From the NCBI GenBank assembly GCA_030704615.1, contig CM060732.1, positions 25,296,001 to 25,360,000 of the forward strand: 64,000 nt of DNA, given 5' to 3'. The position numbers and the translations under genes are program-made. Positions 37,257-48,888 of the stretch are shown here, in pieces. The first letter of the stretch is position 1; each line of letters starts with the position of its first letter. Source of the stretch: Takakia lepidozioides. Taxonomy: Eukaryota; Plantae; Bryophyta. A model generated the notes under the pieces. That model saw only the letters and a list, made by a program, of their open reading frames with translations, did not search any database and was not told the DNA's origin.

Positions 37257-38766
37257 ACGCGGGAAATGCTATGCCCTCGAGTAAAAAACGGGAAGCAAAA
37301 AAGGTAGAAAAGATGAATATATCAAATGCGGCAACACTCCGCAGGATGACGGGAGATCCCCCCTTATAGTCGCCTCAACACTTAAGTTAGAATCCACACA
37401 AAAATTCTGGATTGTGCAAGATAGAATCTATGCACACCACAAATGCAAATAACACTAAGGGATCACGGGAGGTCTCCCGTTCTGTGATCTCCAATGGGTG
37501 GAAAAAGATAAACAGAAAATAGAGTTCCAGACAACTTGGAAAGGAACTGCTCAAGATGAAGGGAGATCTCCCGTCACATTCCTTTGAATGGTATAACTAG
37601 AGAAGACGAAGACAGATAAATGAGATTAAAAGAAGAGCGACAAAACAAAGAGAAAGTCTAATGGAACAGCACCTCTTCGTTGTGCCAGGCTAAAAAAATA
37701 GACACTGCGTGAGATCAGTGTGTAACTCTTCTGGAAAATACTGATAGAGAATGACTAACAAACATGCAGAGATGAAACACCACTCTCCGTCCTTCCACCA
37801 CCCTTCCACCACTCCTCAGTCAATTCCACCACCTGCACTCCCCAATTCGGCAGGGCTTCGCCGAGACGGAATGAAATGAGATGGAAGATGTTGCCCTTAT
37901 ATAGACCCGCATTTGCATGCTGGGGCATGAGGCCAACCGCACCCATACATGAGGCTTGTACAACAAGGGGAATCGTTTCATTAATTACTTGGCATAATGA
38001 CTGTGACGGGGGGCCTCCCGTACCCGATAGTACGACATCTGCATGGGCGCCACGTGGATGGATATCATCTATGATGTACCTGCACGATGACATCAATGTA
38101 ATCGGTACCGTCTGTCATGGACATAGCCCAGAGGAACTTACCAGGAGTAAATACCAGAAGTTACCAAGTTACCATGTTACCGAAAGTTATCATGACTTAC
38201 CATGATTTATCATGATCTACCATGATTTACCATTACTTACCAAGTTATCGGAAGTTTACCAAATTACTAAGAGTAACTTGGGAAACTGCTCAGGAAGCTT
38301 CCTTTGGATGAAACTTCTCCATCAAGATACCTCCTTTGTTTAATGAAGCTTCTCCATCAATAAACCTCCATAGGGGAAGCTTATTAGGGAAACTTCTTAG
38401 TAGCCAGTATATATAGGAGGCGAGACTGGACACTCTTTAGTCTCGCCAACACCAGTTCAAGCTACTCTTGTTTCCAGTTCCTAGTACTCCAGTCTAGTTC
38501 CCAGAACCCTAGCCCAGTTTCTAGTATCTGGTAATCCAGTCCAGTTTCCAACATTCCAGTATTCAAGTCGCGTTCCAATATATTGTACCCTTGTTCATTG
38601 TTATAAAGATCGCCTTGATTCCTATTTACTCGTCGTGCATACGGCCACGCCGACCTTGACTTCTTGTCTAGTCTTGTACCTCTAGTCTGATCTCTTGTTT
38701 GTGTTCAGTCATGTTCTCATCTTTGACAGTTTAGCGAGACTAAAGTTTGTTCCTTAGTTAGTTAAG

Positions 38767-39787
38767 ATGGAAGGCACATTTGCGGAAATGGTCGCCACAT
38801 TGCAGAGTCTTTAGCTCCAGATGCAAGAACTTCGTGTCTCTACTGCCCAACTACAAGCTGATCAATCTCAAGATCTTGGCAACACTCTCAACAATTTGCA
38901 ACAACAAATTTCAGAGTTGAAGGAGTCGAACAATGGATCTTCAACCTTATAAGTCCCTCCTACAACAAATCATACTGCAACAGTTCCTCCAAATCTTCAA
39001 CAGATTACAAGGGAACCAAAGGTCAGCATGCCCGAAAAATTTAATGGGACGAGATCAAGATTTCGCAGTTTTGTTCAACAAGTACGATTGTTCCTACGAC
39101 TACATCCACAACGCTACCCTGATGAAGGTATTCAAGTGGGATTTGTAGGCACCCTTCTATCCGGCATTACCCTATCTTGGTTTGCACCGCTATTAGAAAA
39201 AAATTCGCATTTACTATACAATTTTGAAGCATTCATGTCCGAGTTTACTGCAATGTTTGGAGAGAATGATAGAGAGAGAGTTGCAGAGACAAAGATGCGA
39301 AATCTTCGACAAGGAGCACGTCCAGCTTCCATTTATGCTGCCGAATTTCAACAACTTGCGTGCGACCTTGACTAGAATGAGAAGAGTCTCATTAGTCAGT
39401 TCGATGTGGCCTAAAAGAGGATGTAAAAGATTTGTTGCTGACAATGTCAAACGTGAGTACACTGAGCGAATTTATCACCTAAGTCATTGCATGCGATAAT
39501 TGTTTGTTCGAAAGACGTCAAGAGAAGCGATCTGGATGGTCGACGACACACCATGCCGCTGCTACTACGGCACCAAACACAACGATCCATCAGACATCCA
39601 GTAATGATCATATGCAGATTGATGTTGTCCGATTCAAGCCATTGACGCCACAAGAAAAACAAAGACGGCGCTCGAATGGATTATGCCTTTATTGCGGAGA
39701 AGATGATCACATAGCATTAAACTGCCCCAACAAGAGAAGATTCAAAGCTCGGGGTACAACTCAAGTGTTCGATACGAGGAGGTCGGA
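38767..39787 (+). pseudogene. Chromovirus gag
   Basis: PKVSMPEKFNG..FVQQVRL, LRQGARPASIYAAEF, MQID, CLYCGEDDHIALNC; stops and frameshifts. Confidence 0.85.
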
Positions 39788-40295
39788 TGTTGTGCACCTA
39801 AGCATCGTGCCACAACATACATCGCTGTCCACCACATAATCTGAGCATACAATCCTAGAAAGCTATACCACAATAGATAAGAGATGGGAAATGAGAGAAG
39901 TGGAAGACAATGAAAACTCTCAAATCATGAAGCAATCACACTAAGAACAAGCCCTAGTCCTTCCAAGTGAAATCCACTCTATCACATAAACTAAGTCAAG
40001 CCAAGGGCACCCTTGCTAAGGGAATCCATCCTACAAAGCCCTCAACACACTCCCTCTCAATACCTAGAGCTATGGAGGTGAGAGAAGCTCATGGAGGCTC
40101 AACTACAAGAAGATGAGCCTCCATCCATCCTCACAAGGGGAAAACCTATCCCCATGTCTCAAGTGAGGCTCGACACCTCACTTGGCATGTGAGACCAAAT
40201 GAAGTCCCAACACATAAAATATAAATATAAATATCTAAAATGTCATAGTTAACTAGAAGTAGGTAATTCTAGATAACCATGACTAACCTACAACA
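39788..40295 (-). mobile_element. Solo A-B terminal unit of a family related to the split-LTR Gypsy element
   Basis: Termini TGTTGT...ACAACA; shares CATCGCTGTCCA, AAGTCAAGCCAAG-GCACCC and GAGGCTCAACT...AAGATGAGCCTCC with the reverse complement of A2-B2; 508 vs 516 bp. Confidence 0.75.
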
Positions 40296-40879
40296 CTATA
40301 TATTCTTCGACCAAGCAAATTCCATTTTTCTCCAATTATGATCATCATCCTCGAGCAAACCTTTTCCACATGAAGACTGTTGGAACAAATACAAGGAGTA
40401 TTCAGATCAACATCGCCAACTCCAACCCCAGTTCAAGGTCGGAGATCGTGTGTGGCTTATTCGACGGGACATGCAAACCTCCCGACCATCAAGGAAGTTG
40501 GATTATCAACGTCTGGGACCATTTAAAATTATTCGACAAATAAATCAGGTCAGTTTTCGGCTTGAACTCCCACAAAGTATGCGCATCCATCCAGTCTTTC
40601 ATATTTCATTACTGGAGTTGTATCATCATCGAATATTCCAGGGAGCGTTTCCGTACCACCTCCACCAATCGAAGTGGCAATCAGGAAATCGAGTATGAAG
40701 TCGACGAAGTCCTAAACTCTCGCATCAAGTATAAACGTCTTAAGTATTTCGTACATTGGAAAGGCTACGACATCAGTGAACGAACGTGGGAACCTTCATC
40801 CAACCTTGCCAATGCATCTGACAAAGTCCAAGAGTTTCATCAACGATATCCAGCTAAACCCCGAGCTACACGTCAATAA
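40296..40879 (+). pseudogene. Integrase C-terminus (GPF motif) and chromodomain
   Basis: KLDYQRLGPFKI..IHPVFHISLL; EYEVDEVLNSR..KYFVHWKGYDISERTWEP. Confidence 0.88.
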
Positions 40880-41535
40880 GACGTCACAACGATGATGTTA
40901 GCCAAGTTAGCTTCAAGGTGAAGACTCCACATTCAGTATATCTGATACACACTAAGGAGGGAGGTTCTCCAACTCTAAGCAAGTCCAAAATTTCACCGCT
41001 CCTCGAGGAACTCGACGCTAGAGGAGGGGCTGATGTCACGGACATAGCCCAGAGAAACTTACCAGGAGTAAATCCAGAAGTTATCAAGTTACCATGTTAC
41101 CAAAAGTTATCGTGATCTACCATTTTTTTTTACCATAAGTTATCATTAGTTACAAAGTTACCGGGAGTTTACCAAATTACCGAGAGTAACTTGGGAAACT
41201 GCTAAGGAAGCTTCATTTGGAGGAAACTTCTCCATCAAGATACCTCATTTGTTTAAGGAAACTTCTCCATCAAGAAACCTCATTGGGGGAAGCCTCTTAG
41301 GGAACCTCCTAGTAGCCAGTATATATAGGAGGCGAGACTGGACACTCTTCAATCTCGCCAACGCAAGTTCAAGCTACTCTTGTTCCCAAACCCAGTACTC
41401 TAGTCCAGTTTCCAGTATCTAGTACCCTAATCCAGTTTCCAGCATTCCAGTATTCGAATCGAGTTCCAGTATCTTGTACTCTTGTCCATTGTTATAAAAA
41501 TCATCTTGATTCATGTTTACCCACCATGTTTGAAA

Positions 41536-42273
41536 ATGAATCTCGAATCAGGCACTGCACACGCTAAGGGTCGGTCAGGATGTCAGCCAAAGCGTTGGCC
41601 AAGATACCATTACCTAGAAGATGAGGAGCTGATGTCCGCTATCCAGAAATTAGTGGAGGAGAACGACAAGGAATCCGATCTAAGCCATTGCAGTGGAAGC
41701 AAAGTAAATGTTGTCGCCCCAGAGAACATACCAGCACATTCACCAGAATACACCCCTGCAGAGGACACGTATTCACCGACAGATTCACCAGCTTACACCC
41801 CTGCAGAGAACTCGTACATACCAGCAGATTCACAAGAATACACCCCTTTAGAGGACACGTATGTCCCAGCAGATTCACCAGTATACATCCCTTCAGAGGA
41901 CATTTACATACCAGCAGCTGTCCACCCAGTGTACATACCAGTAGATTCACCAGAATACACCCATTTAGATGACTTGTATGTACCTTCAGAATCACTAGTA
42001 TACACCCCTGCAGAGGACACTTACATACCAGCAGTTGTCCACCCAGTGTACATACTAGCAAATTCACCAGAATACACTCCAGGACTGTACACTCCACAAG
42101 AGCACGCCCTGGATGCACCTGTGTATCCTCCCGGATCAAATTCCCAGGGTGCACAAGCGTCGAACTCAATCGAAACCGACGAAATCTCCAAAATATTCCC
42201 TGATTGGGTTTCGGACATCGACTCTTGGAGTCCTGGATACTCTCCAGCGACACCTCAAAGGGATCCAAAGTAG
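41536..42273 (+). CDS. Hypothetical Y/S/P/T-rich tandem-repeat ORF (~39-bp units, SPEYTPAEDTYIP-like)
   Basis: Open frame through the repeats; unit CCAGCAGATTCACCAGAATACACCCCT... repeated at ~41720-42090. Confidence 0.4.
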   Translation: MNLESGTAHAKGRSGCQPKRWPRYHYLEDEELMSAIQKLVEENDKESDLSHCSGSKVNVVAPENIPAHSPEYTPAEDTYSPTDSPAYTPAENSYIPADSQEYTPLEDTYVPADSPVYIPSEDIYIPAAVHPVYIPVDSPEYTHLDDLYVPSESLVYTPAEDTYIPAVVHPVYILANSPEYTPGLYTPQEHALDAPVYPPGSNSQGAQASNSIETDEISKIFPDWVSDIDSWSPGYSPATPQRDPK

Positions 42274-42789
42274 GAGAAACTGAGAGCAGAGATCTGCAGC
42301 GCATATCAGAACTGGCTAGATAGCCCAATGCATTGTGGTGTGACAATAGGGCAATTTCTTGATGTAGATTCTAGCAAACCGTAGATGGTAGGTGGGGTTG
42401 CGTTTAGAGGTTTAGGGTTTGGAAAGTGTAGGTGGGGTTGCATTTTGTGAGCTGATCACGGGAGGTCTCTCATCACTGTATTGAAGTACATCTTTGGTGT
42501 ACTTGAGGCACCCTGGGTTTTTGATTTATAAACTACTTATTGACGTTCTGACCCTCCATGTTGCTGTTTATATGTTGTATTGATCACGGGAGATCTCTCG
42601 TCCTTGTATTCAGGAATCGCATTTGTCATAATGAGAACTTGAATTATCCTTGTTGGTGGTCTTGTTCATTGCTTGTCACGGGAGATCTCCCGTCCCTGAA
42701 TTGAGACATAGCTCCATACGGTTCGGAAAGACCGTTGTGTTGGTTGTTATTTGGTGTTTATATTAACGGATTGTTCTTTGTTGATTGTG

Positions 42790-45576
42790 CTGCCAGAACA
42801 AAGATTCCGAAAGAATCAATCGTAGTGATGAGCGCCGACATTGTCGGTTCCTTCATATATCCACACATTGAAGGATTCACAATAAAGCATGATGGCTTCT
42901 ACGAGCTAAAGAGGAGTATTGACTACTGGGGTATCGACGTTGCTGATCCCCGAACCCAGAGAAAGCCATCTTCCGTTACCAGATCGGTGCAGAAAAGAAA
43001 ACACTTCTGTGTTGTGATGTGTAGGGAATTGAAACGGAGGACTCCGTGAGGAATAACAGGGTTACCCTTGCTGTGTTCATCTGCGAGAATGCCAAGAAAG
43101 GAGAGAAGGTATTTGGGTTCTCTGTTGATGCCATGAGTCTGAGTAGTGATCTGATGGGATTCGCGATTCGATGGGATTCAGGGTCCTTGTTGTCGAAGAT
43201 TCGAAGAAGGTCGAGACGACTCTCATCGAGCAATACCAGGATATATTCCTGTTTGGATTTGAATATGTCCAGGAAGTGGACATCAACTACTGTTTTTTGG
43301 CCCCACAGCATATGGTTTATCGACCACTCTGTGAGAAGCACAAGCTTGAGATTAAATCAAGGATAGTTGCGTACAATCTAATTGACTAAAAAATGCCTGT
43401 TTACTTGATTCCACGACACGAGACCGATCCCACGAAGGTGTGGAGCAGGAAGCCCGTCAATGAGCGCGAACTGCAGAAGACGACATATTTTATTATCGGA
43501 GGCCAACATACATTGATGGCAGCCCAGGTCAGGGGAGGTCTCCCGTGCTAACTCACCTTCGAGAAATTTGGTGACTATCTCCAAGGTTCTGAACAAGCCG
43601 AACAAGGAGAATCTTTACGAACCGTCTTTCTATGAGAAGGTCCGTCACTACAGAAAATATTACAATTACAAGGAGCGGCCCCAGAAGTATGATGAGCATC
43701 GTCGGGTCGAGACTCAGCAGTGGAAGGTGAGTGTGACCATGGGAGGTCTCCCGTCATTTCTTTCCATTCATCTATCACTGCAGCGATGCAATGGATGTCT
43801 ACATTATAGTTGATCGAAATCCAATTTCATCGCCCACACACCAGCAACCACATTCGTTGTCCCAACACCTTCTCTTCCGTTGAGGCCATGTGGGATGTGT
43901 TATGCTTTGTTTTGCGGTGCTTCTCTCTTTCTCCAATCTGGTGACATCCTCGATCTCTAAGAGATCCACGCACCATCAAGATTTGAAGTTGGGGATGATG
44001 CTTCATGATGTGATTGTCTCTTGGTTACTTAAGGGTTTCTGTATACAGGTTTGACTCTGTTCTAGGTCGAGAATGTCTCCAGAAAGAGGAAATGGAGAAG
44101 CACCGCAATACAAAGTAAGAGACACTCCAGAATGATTGACCAATTGTCAGCATCCTCTTGGTTGGTTTAAATCATCAGTTGAAGGTGTTAGTAGGAAGTT
44201 AGCTGGAAGTGTTTGAAGTGTTGGAGTTAGCTGGAAGTCAGCCGGAAGTGTTGGCTGAATGTGAAAGTTAGCAAGGGAGACCTCCCGTGGTAGTTAACTA
44301 CACTTGCTGGTATGTGTAGGATTTCATGGTCGGAGCTCAAACCATTCTGGATGTGAAAAGCGACAAAGAGGCAATGCCACTTGTGTTCACCTCCGATCGG
44401 ACCTGGAATTATTGGACAAGAGTGTTCATGAAATGGGAGAAGGGCGAGCTCATTGATCCCAAAGGGAATATCCTTATGAAAGAGCAGCCAAAGCTAAAAA
44501 AATCTAGCGTTGCTCGACTGCAGGGTTTAGACGACAACCAGATTTGGAAGGTTGCCGCCATGTTACTCAAAAACAAAGTGTCGATGCGTCATCCATACAC
44601 TGGGCCTGACCCCGATGTTCTGAGTCTAGAGGATTATTGCAAGTACAAGAAGTTGAGGAGGCACATTATTGATGATATCATGGTCGGTTTTGGATTTAAG
44701 GAGCCGACGAAGGACAACCGACATCCATACACAAAGTTGGAGTGGACCGCCATCAAACATAAGTACGAAATCAACAAGGCCCAGTTTGTGCACTTTAAGA
44801 ATGCTCTCGGGATCCCCTACCTTGACGCGGAAATGAAGCCAACGACAGGAAAGCAGAAGCAACCACTTCAATTTCTGAATCTAATTCAAGCCGTGAAAAC
44901 GCTTGCAGAGACTCCACGAGGTTCGCTTGATAGAGTTTACAATGTGTGCGAGATTGGAAACAAGGCTTGGGAGATTGGGACGGTGGCAATGTTCGCCACA
45001 AAAGCATTTGAAGTTGTTTTGCTCATCATAATCAGCACATTGAATGAGCATCCAGACAAGATCGAGCCTTGGACGGAGAATGAGTTCGCCGACCTCTTCA
45101 ATGGCATGAGGTTAAGAAAAATCAGGACCAACGTATTCTGTGTCATCACCGATACTGATAGCTCTCGTGAGCTGATAGCGTACATTCAATCCTCAAAGGG
45201 GAAATTCCTTATAGAGACAAGCTTCTACATTCCATCGAAGAGGGAGATTTTTTTCAAGACAAGGAATTTTGAAATTCCAGTCGTTCTTTTCCATTTCATT
45301 TTTCCGATGGCAGACGCGGAGTGGGACAACGTGGACGAGGTCGTGCGGAGGAGCATCACAGCCGACGATCGATACATCCCAAGAGTGCTACGTACAGAGG
45401 CGGAGGAATCTGAAAATCCTCTGCAAAGTCGCTACTACAATAATGAGATCCAATCATCGGCCATCGACCAGGTCGTTGAGACCTTCTGTCGGGAGGGCTC
45501 TTCCGAAGTCAAAGTGTATTGTGGCGGGATTGTCACATACTCGCTTCTAGTAAGAACGTACAAACTCAAATCTTAA
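42790..45576 (+). pseudogene. Multi-exon transposon-associated gene with a ParB-like N-terminal motif and a 416-aa open exon
   Basis: YRPL...YFIIGGQHTLMAAQ (GGQH at 43498-43509) followed by a GT donor; ORF 44326..45576 preceded by an AG acceptor. Confidence 0.45.
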
Positions 45577-45639
45577 TTTTACTTCTTGTAAACCCCATTA
45601 TTACCGTGCTACGGACAGTACCAGATGATATAGGGAGAT

Positions 45640-47400
45640 CTCCCGTCCTCCATTGACGGGAGATCTCCCTTCCTAGCTTCAAATGCTGATGGGTTGAAAG
45701 TGTTTGTGGACAGAAGTCCATTGGCGGGAGATCTCCCGTCGTCCCGTCCTCTATATTTCATTCTTATCTACGTCTTAATATGAACCTCCGGCAATAACCT
45801 CCAGTCCTCCATTTGATAATTTATATCTCTGTTATGAGATCAACATCGCCCAAGACTAGACTGGCACGAAGCAATACTGATACCCAGATGATTACCAGCA
45901 TTTATTCGAGGACTTTCCCGAGTGCTTCCGTATGCTATGTCATTGCTCCAAACAATGATGGGTAGAAATTGCTTCGTCCAATGACGGGAATCTCATTTGG
46001 CGGGAGATCTCCCGTCGTTCATTTAGCGGGAGATCTCCGGTGGTAAATTAAAATCAATCAGGACACTAGTGATACCCAAGTGATTAACCACACATTCATT
46101 ATGGGGATTTCAAGAGTGCTTGAACAGACTTACCTTGTAAACCACAAGACTTTATGTAACACTGGCAATGTTGGATAAGATCTTGTAGTTAACTTGGTAA
46201 GTATGGCCAGACAGAAAACTTGAAGTAATTCCCAGATTGTGAGAGCTCTCATATTTCTTCAGATGATGGGTTGAAAGTGTGCATAAGAAGTCACCATATT
46301 TTCCAAGCGATTTTTCGACCTCCTTCTACGGGAGACCTCCCTTCCTTCTTTGTCCAGGTTCATCTGTGTCTTTCACCGTATCCAGTTCGTAGAATTGGAA
46401 CTCGTGCTAGACTACTGTTTCGAAAACACTATTGATACCCACGTGATTAGCTACATTCATTGCCGGACTTCTCTGGTTGCCTCCGTTTTCTTACAAAGTG
46501 ATACACAAGACTTTAGTTAACACACTGGCGATGTTATCTAACATCTTGGGTATCACTTTGTAACTATGGCCATGCACATGTAGGAATGTCTTTGCTTTGA
46601 ATGCTATATCCTTGCTTCAAATGATGATGGGTTGAAAGTGTTTGCTGGCAGACGTGGATTGACGGGAGATCTCATAGCTTTACTATGTCGGGAGACCTTC
46701 CGTTGCTGCTTTCCCGGAAGATATCCCGCCTCCTTGGTATGGGAGGTCTCCCGTGCTCGTAATGACCATTCTATTCTGCCTGTTTAAGATGACCAGTCTG
46801 ACACAAAACACTATTAATAACCCAGGTGATTAACCACAATGATTAAGGGGATTTCAAGAGTGCATGATCAAACTTACCATGTAAACCACAAGACTTTGTG
46901 TATCATTGGCAATGTTATATACGATCTTGTGGTTTACTTGATAAGTATGGCAAGCCAGAATCTTGGAGTAATTCCCAGATTGATTCATTGATGATGGGTC
47001 AAATGTGTGTGCTGGCAGAATTTCATTGATGGGAGACCTCCGTCCTCCCTTTCACTATCCTTATTTGAGTCTTACGATAGATGTCCGGCAAGGCGCACAA
47101 CCCAGATGATTAGCTAGATTCATTCTGAGTGCATGCACATTCCTACAATTTGACACAAGACTTTATTTAACACAATGGCAATGTTATCTAAGATCTTGTG
47201 GATCAATTTGTGGGCATGGACATTCTAAGTCTCTGGAAAGGAGTCCTCCGTTATTGCTTAAAATGATGGGTTTAATGTGTGAGATGGAACGTATGTACGT
47301 ACATATGTGAGATGGAATAGTTTACAAGGCTGTTGTTCCGAATTATATTGATTTTTTGTTTACGTCCTAAGGCGGGAGACCTCCCGTCCTCCTTTGACCA
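45640..47400 (+). repeat. Degenerate tandem array of ~6 units (270-365 bp)
   Basis: Recurring GATGGGTTGAAAGTGT (~45688, 45958, 46265, 46627, 46993, 47265), CACAAGACTTT, GGCAATGTT, CCCAGATGATTA and the palindrome. Confidence 0.75.
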
Positions 47401-47638
47401 TTAACATCTTTGTGTTGGGACTGCCTAGTTACTGAATGGTACTAACCGGATAATTTTTTATCCATCGGGAATCGAACTGTAGGGTGTTGGAAGTGACGCC
47501 CTGGTCATATGGTCTCAGCAAGAGCCTCTGCTGAGAAATCCTTCAACCTTATCAGACTGTTGCGTTCAAAGGTTTCCGCTGAACAGGCACAATCAGTCTG
47601 AGGGCAGGGGCGAGGGATCTGCTGGGGGTGAGGGTATT

Positions 47639-48643
47639 GTGGAGTCTCCACCAGTTACACACGCTCGTCCTGAAAGAAGTCAAGGTCGCCAGGAGAGGTC
47701 ACAAATGTCCCGCGACACCAACTCTCGAAAAGATTTACTAACACAACCAGATACAGCCGGAAATAGACCTGTGCACTTGGAGGAAGATGAAGATGATAGT
47801 GAGACTGAATCCAACGGCGTGCAACATAGCCCATTGTTTCAGAACCCATTTATCCAGCATTCGACTGGAGTGCATGTACGCGACGTGGAGTCAAAAAATA
47901 TTTCGCCAGACGGGCAAGCCAGAGGCCGGCGGACGACGAGCGGTACGCTTCAGTTCTCCCCGGAACCAATATCCTCAAGGCTCCCGAATATCTCAACTCG
48001 CAAGCTGTATAATCCTCAGATCAATGCAAGAGTGCGATGCAACGCGGGCATGCACAGGGAGATTATCAATATTGATGAGGACGAAGTGGTCAACAAAGTT
48101 GAGTCAGCATTTCATTCTGGAGGGCCAACGAATGCCTCCATTGACATTACTTCCCAAGTCCAATATACCGGTGGGGAAAGGCTTCTTGCGATGTCGAAAT
48201 TTTCTGAGATTACACCCAGCCAAGTGGACTTCGTTCTATCCGTAGACCTTATCACGGAAGGTCTCCCATTCTCCAGGGCTCGGCGGCCGGCACTGCAACC
48301 ATGCTTGTCGTCATCTTCTGGTGGAACACTGGTCCCCACAGTCACTCCAACTTTTTTGCGTCCACAAGACCTCCCAGTAACCGAGGACATCACATCTGCA
48401 GGAACCACACCAGTCGCCGAACAAGACGATGCATATTTGAGGCAATCACAGCTGTCTACAGTGGAGAACCTCACCCAGTCCCAGACCCAGACAAGGACAA
48501 TTGAAACAGAGCTTCCCACTCCACAGCTACTTCATGGTGTTAGCAATACAGAGCTCATTGTCACTCCTGCCAATCCGTTGCCGGCACAATTCCCCATAAC
48601 CGAGGACATCACATTTGCTGGAAACACACAAGATCTCGTTTGA
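47639..48643 (+). CDS. Low-complexity S/T/P-rich ORF, probably an exon of a transposon gene
   Basis: 334-codon open frame with an internal P(V/I)TEDIT(S/F)AG repeat; no recognisable domain. Confidence 0.35.
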   Translation: MESPPVTHARPERSQGRQERSQMSRDTNSRKDLLTQPDTAGNRPVHLEEDEDDSETESNGVQHSPLFQNPFIQHSTGVHVRDVESKNISPDGQARGRRTTSGTLQFSPEPISSRLPNISTRKLYNPQINARVRCNAGMHREIINIDEDEVVNKVESAFHSGGPTNASIDITSQVQYTGGERLLAMSKFSEITPSQVDFVLSVDLITEGLPFSRARRPALQPCLSSSSGGTLVPTVTPTFLRPQDLPVTEDITSAGTTPVAEQDDAYLRQSQLSTVENLTQSQTQTRTIETELPTPQLLHGVSNTELIVTPANPLPAQFPITEDITFAGNTQDLV

Positions 48644-48888
48644 AACCCTGACACTTTAAGGCAATCACAAATTAATTTTTTCTCATGGACTTTCAGTGGA
48701 GGGCATATCTGCCGCTTTTGAGCCACTGTAGTCTGCACTTACCCTACAACATTTTGACTTATATCCCTAAGCACAAACTCGGTTTTGTTTAAGTCGCCAT
48801 AAATTCTAGATTCATCTTCTACTTTACTACACATCAGTAATATAGCTGCCGATGGTCACATCCAAAGCTAACCGTTGAATCTTGACAG

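Larger units (their letters stand above)
38113..41520 (+). mobile_element. Chromovirus (Tf1/sushi/Tcn1-like) LTR retrotransposon, internally deleted, no RT/RH
   Basis: 5' LTR 38113-38728 (TGTCA...TGACA); PPT AGAGGAGGGG; 3' LTR from 41034, truncated ~41520; gag and IN-chromodomain remnants. Confidence 0.88.

Noticed and set aside
42335-42350. GTGTGACA as the true right end of the chromovirus
   Set aside because: The following ATAGG does not match the left flank CCGTC, so there is no TSD support.
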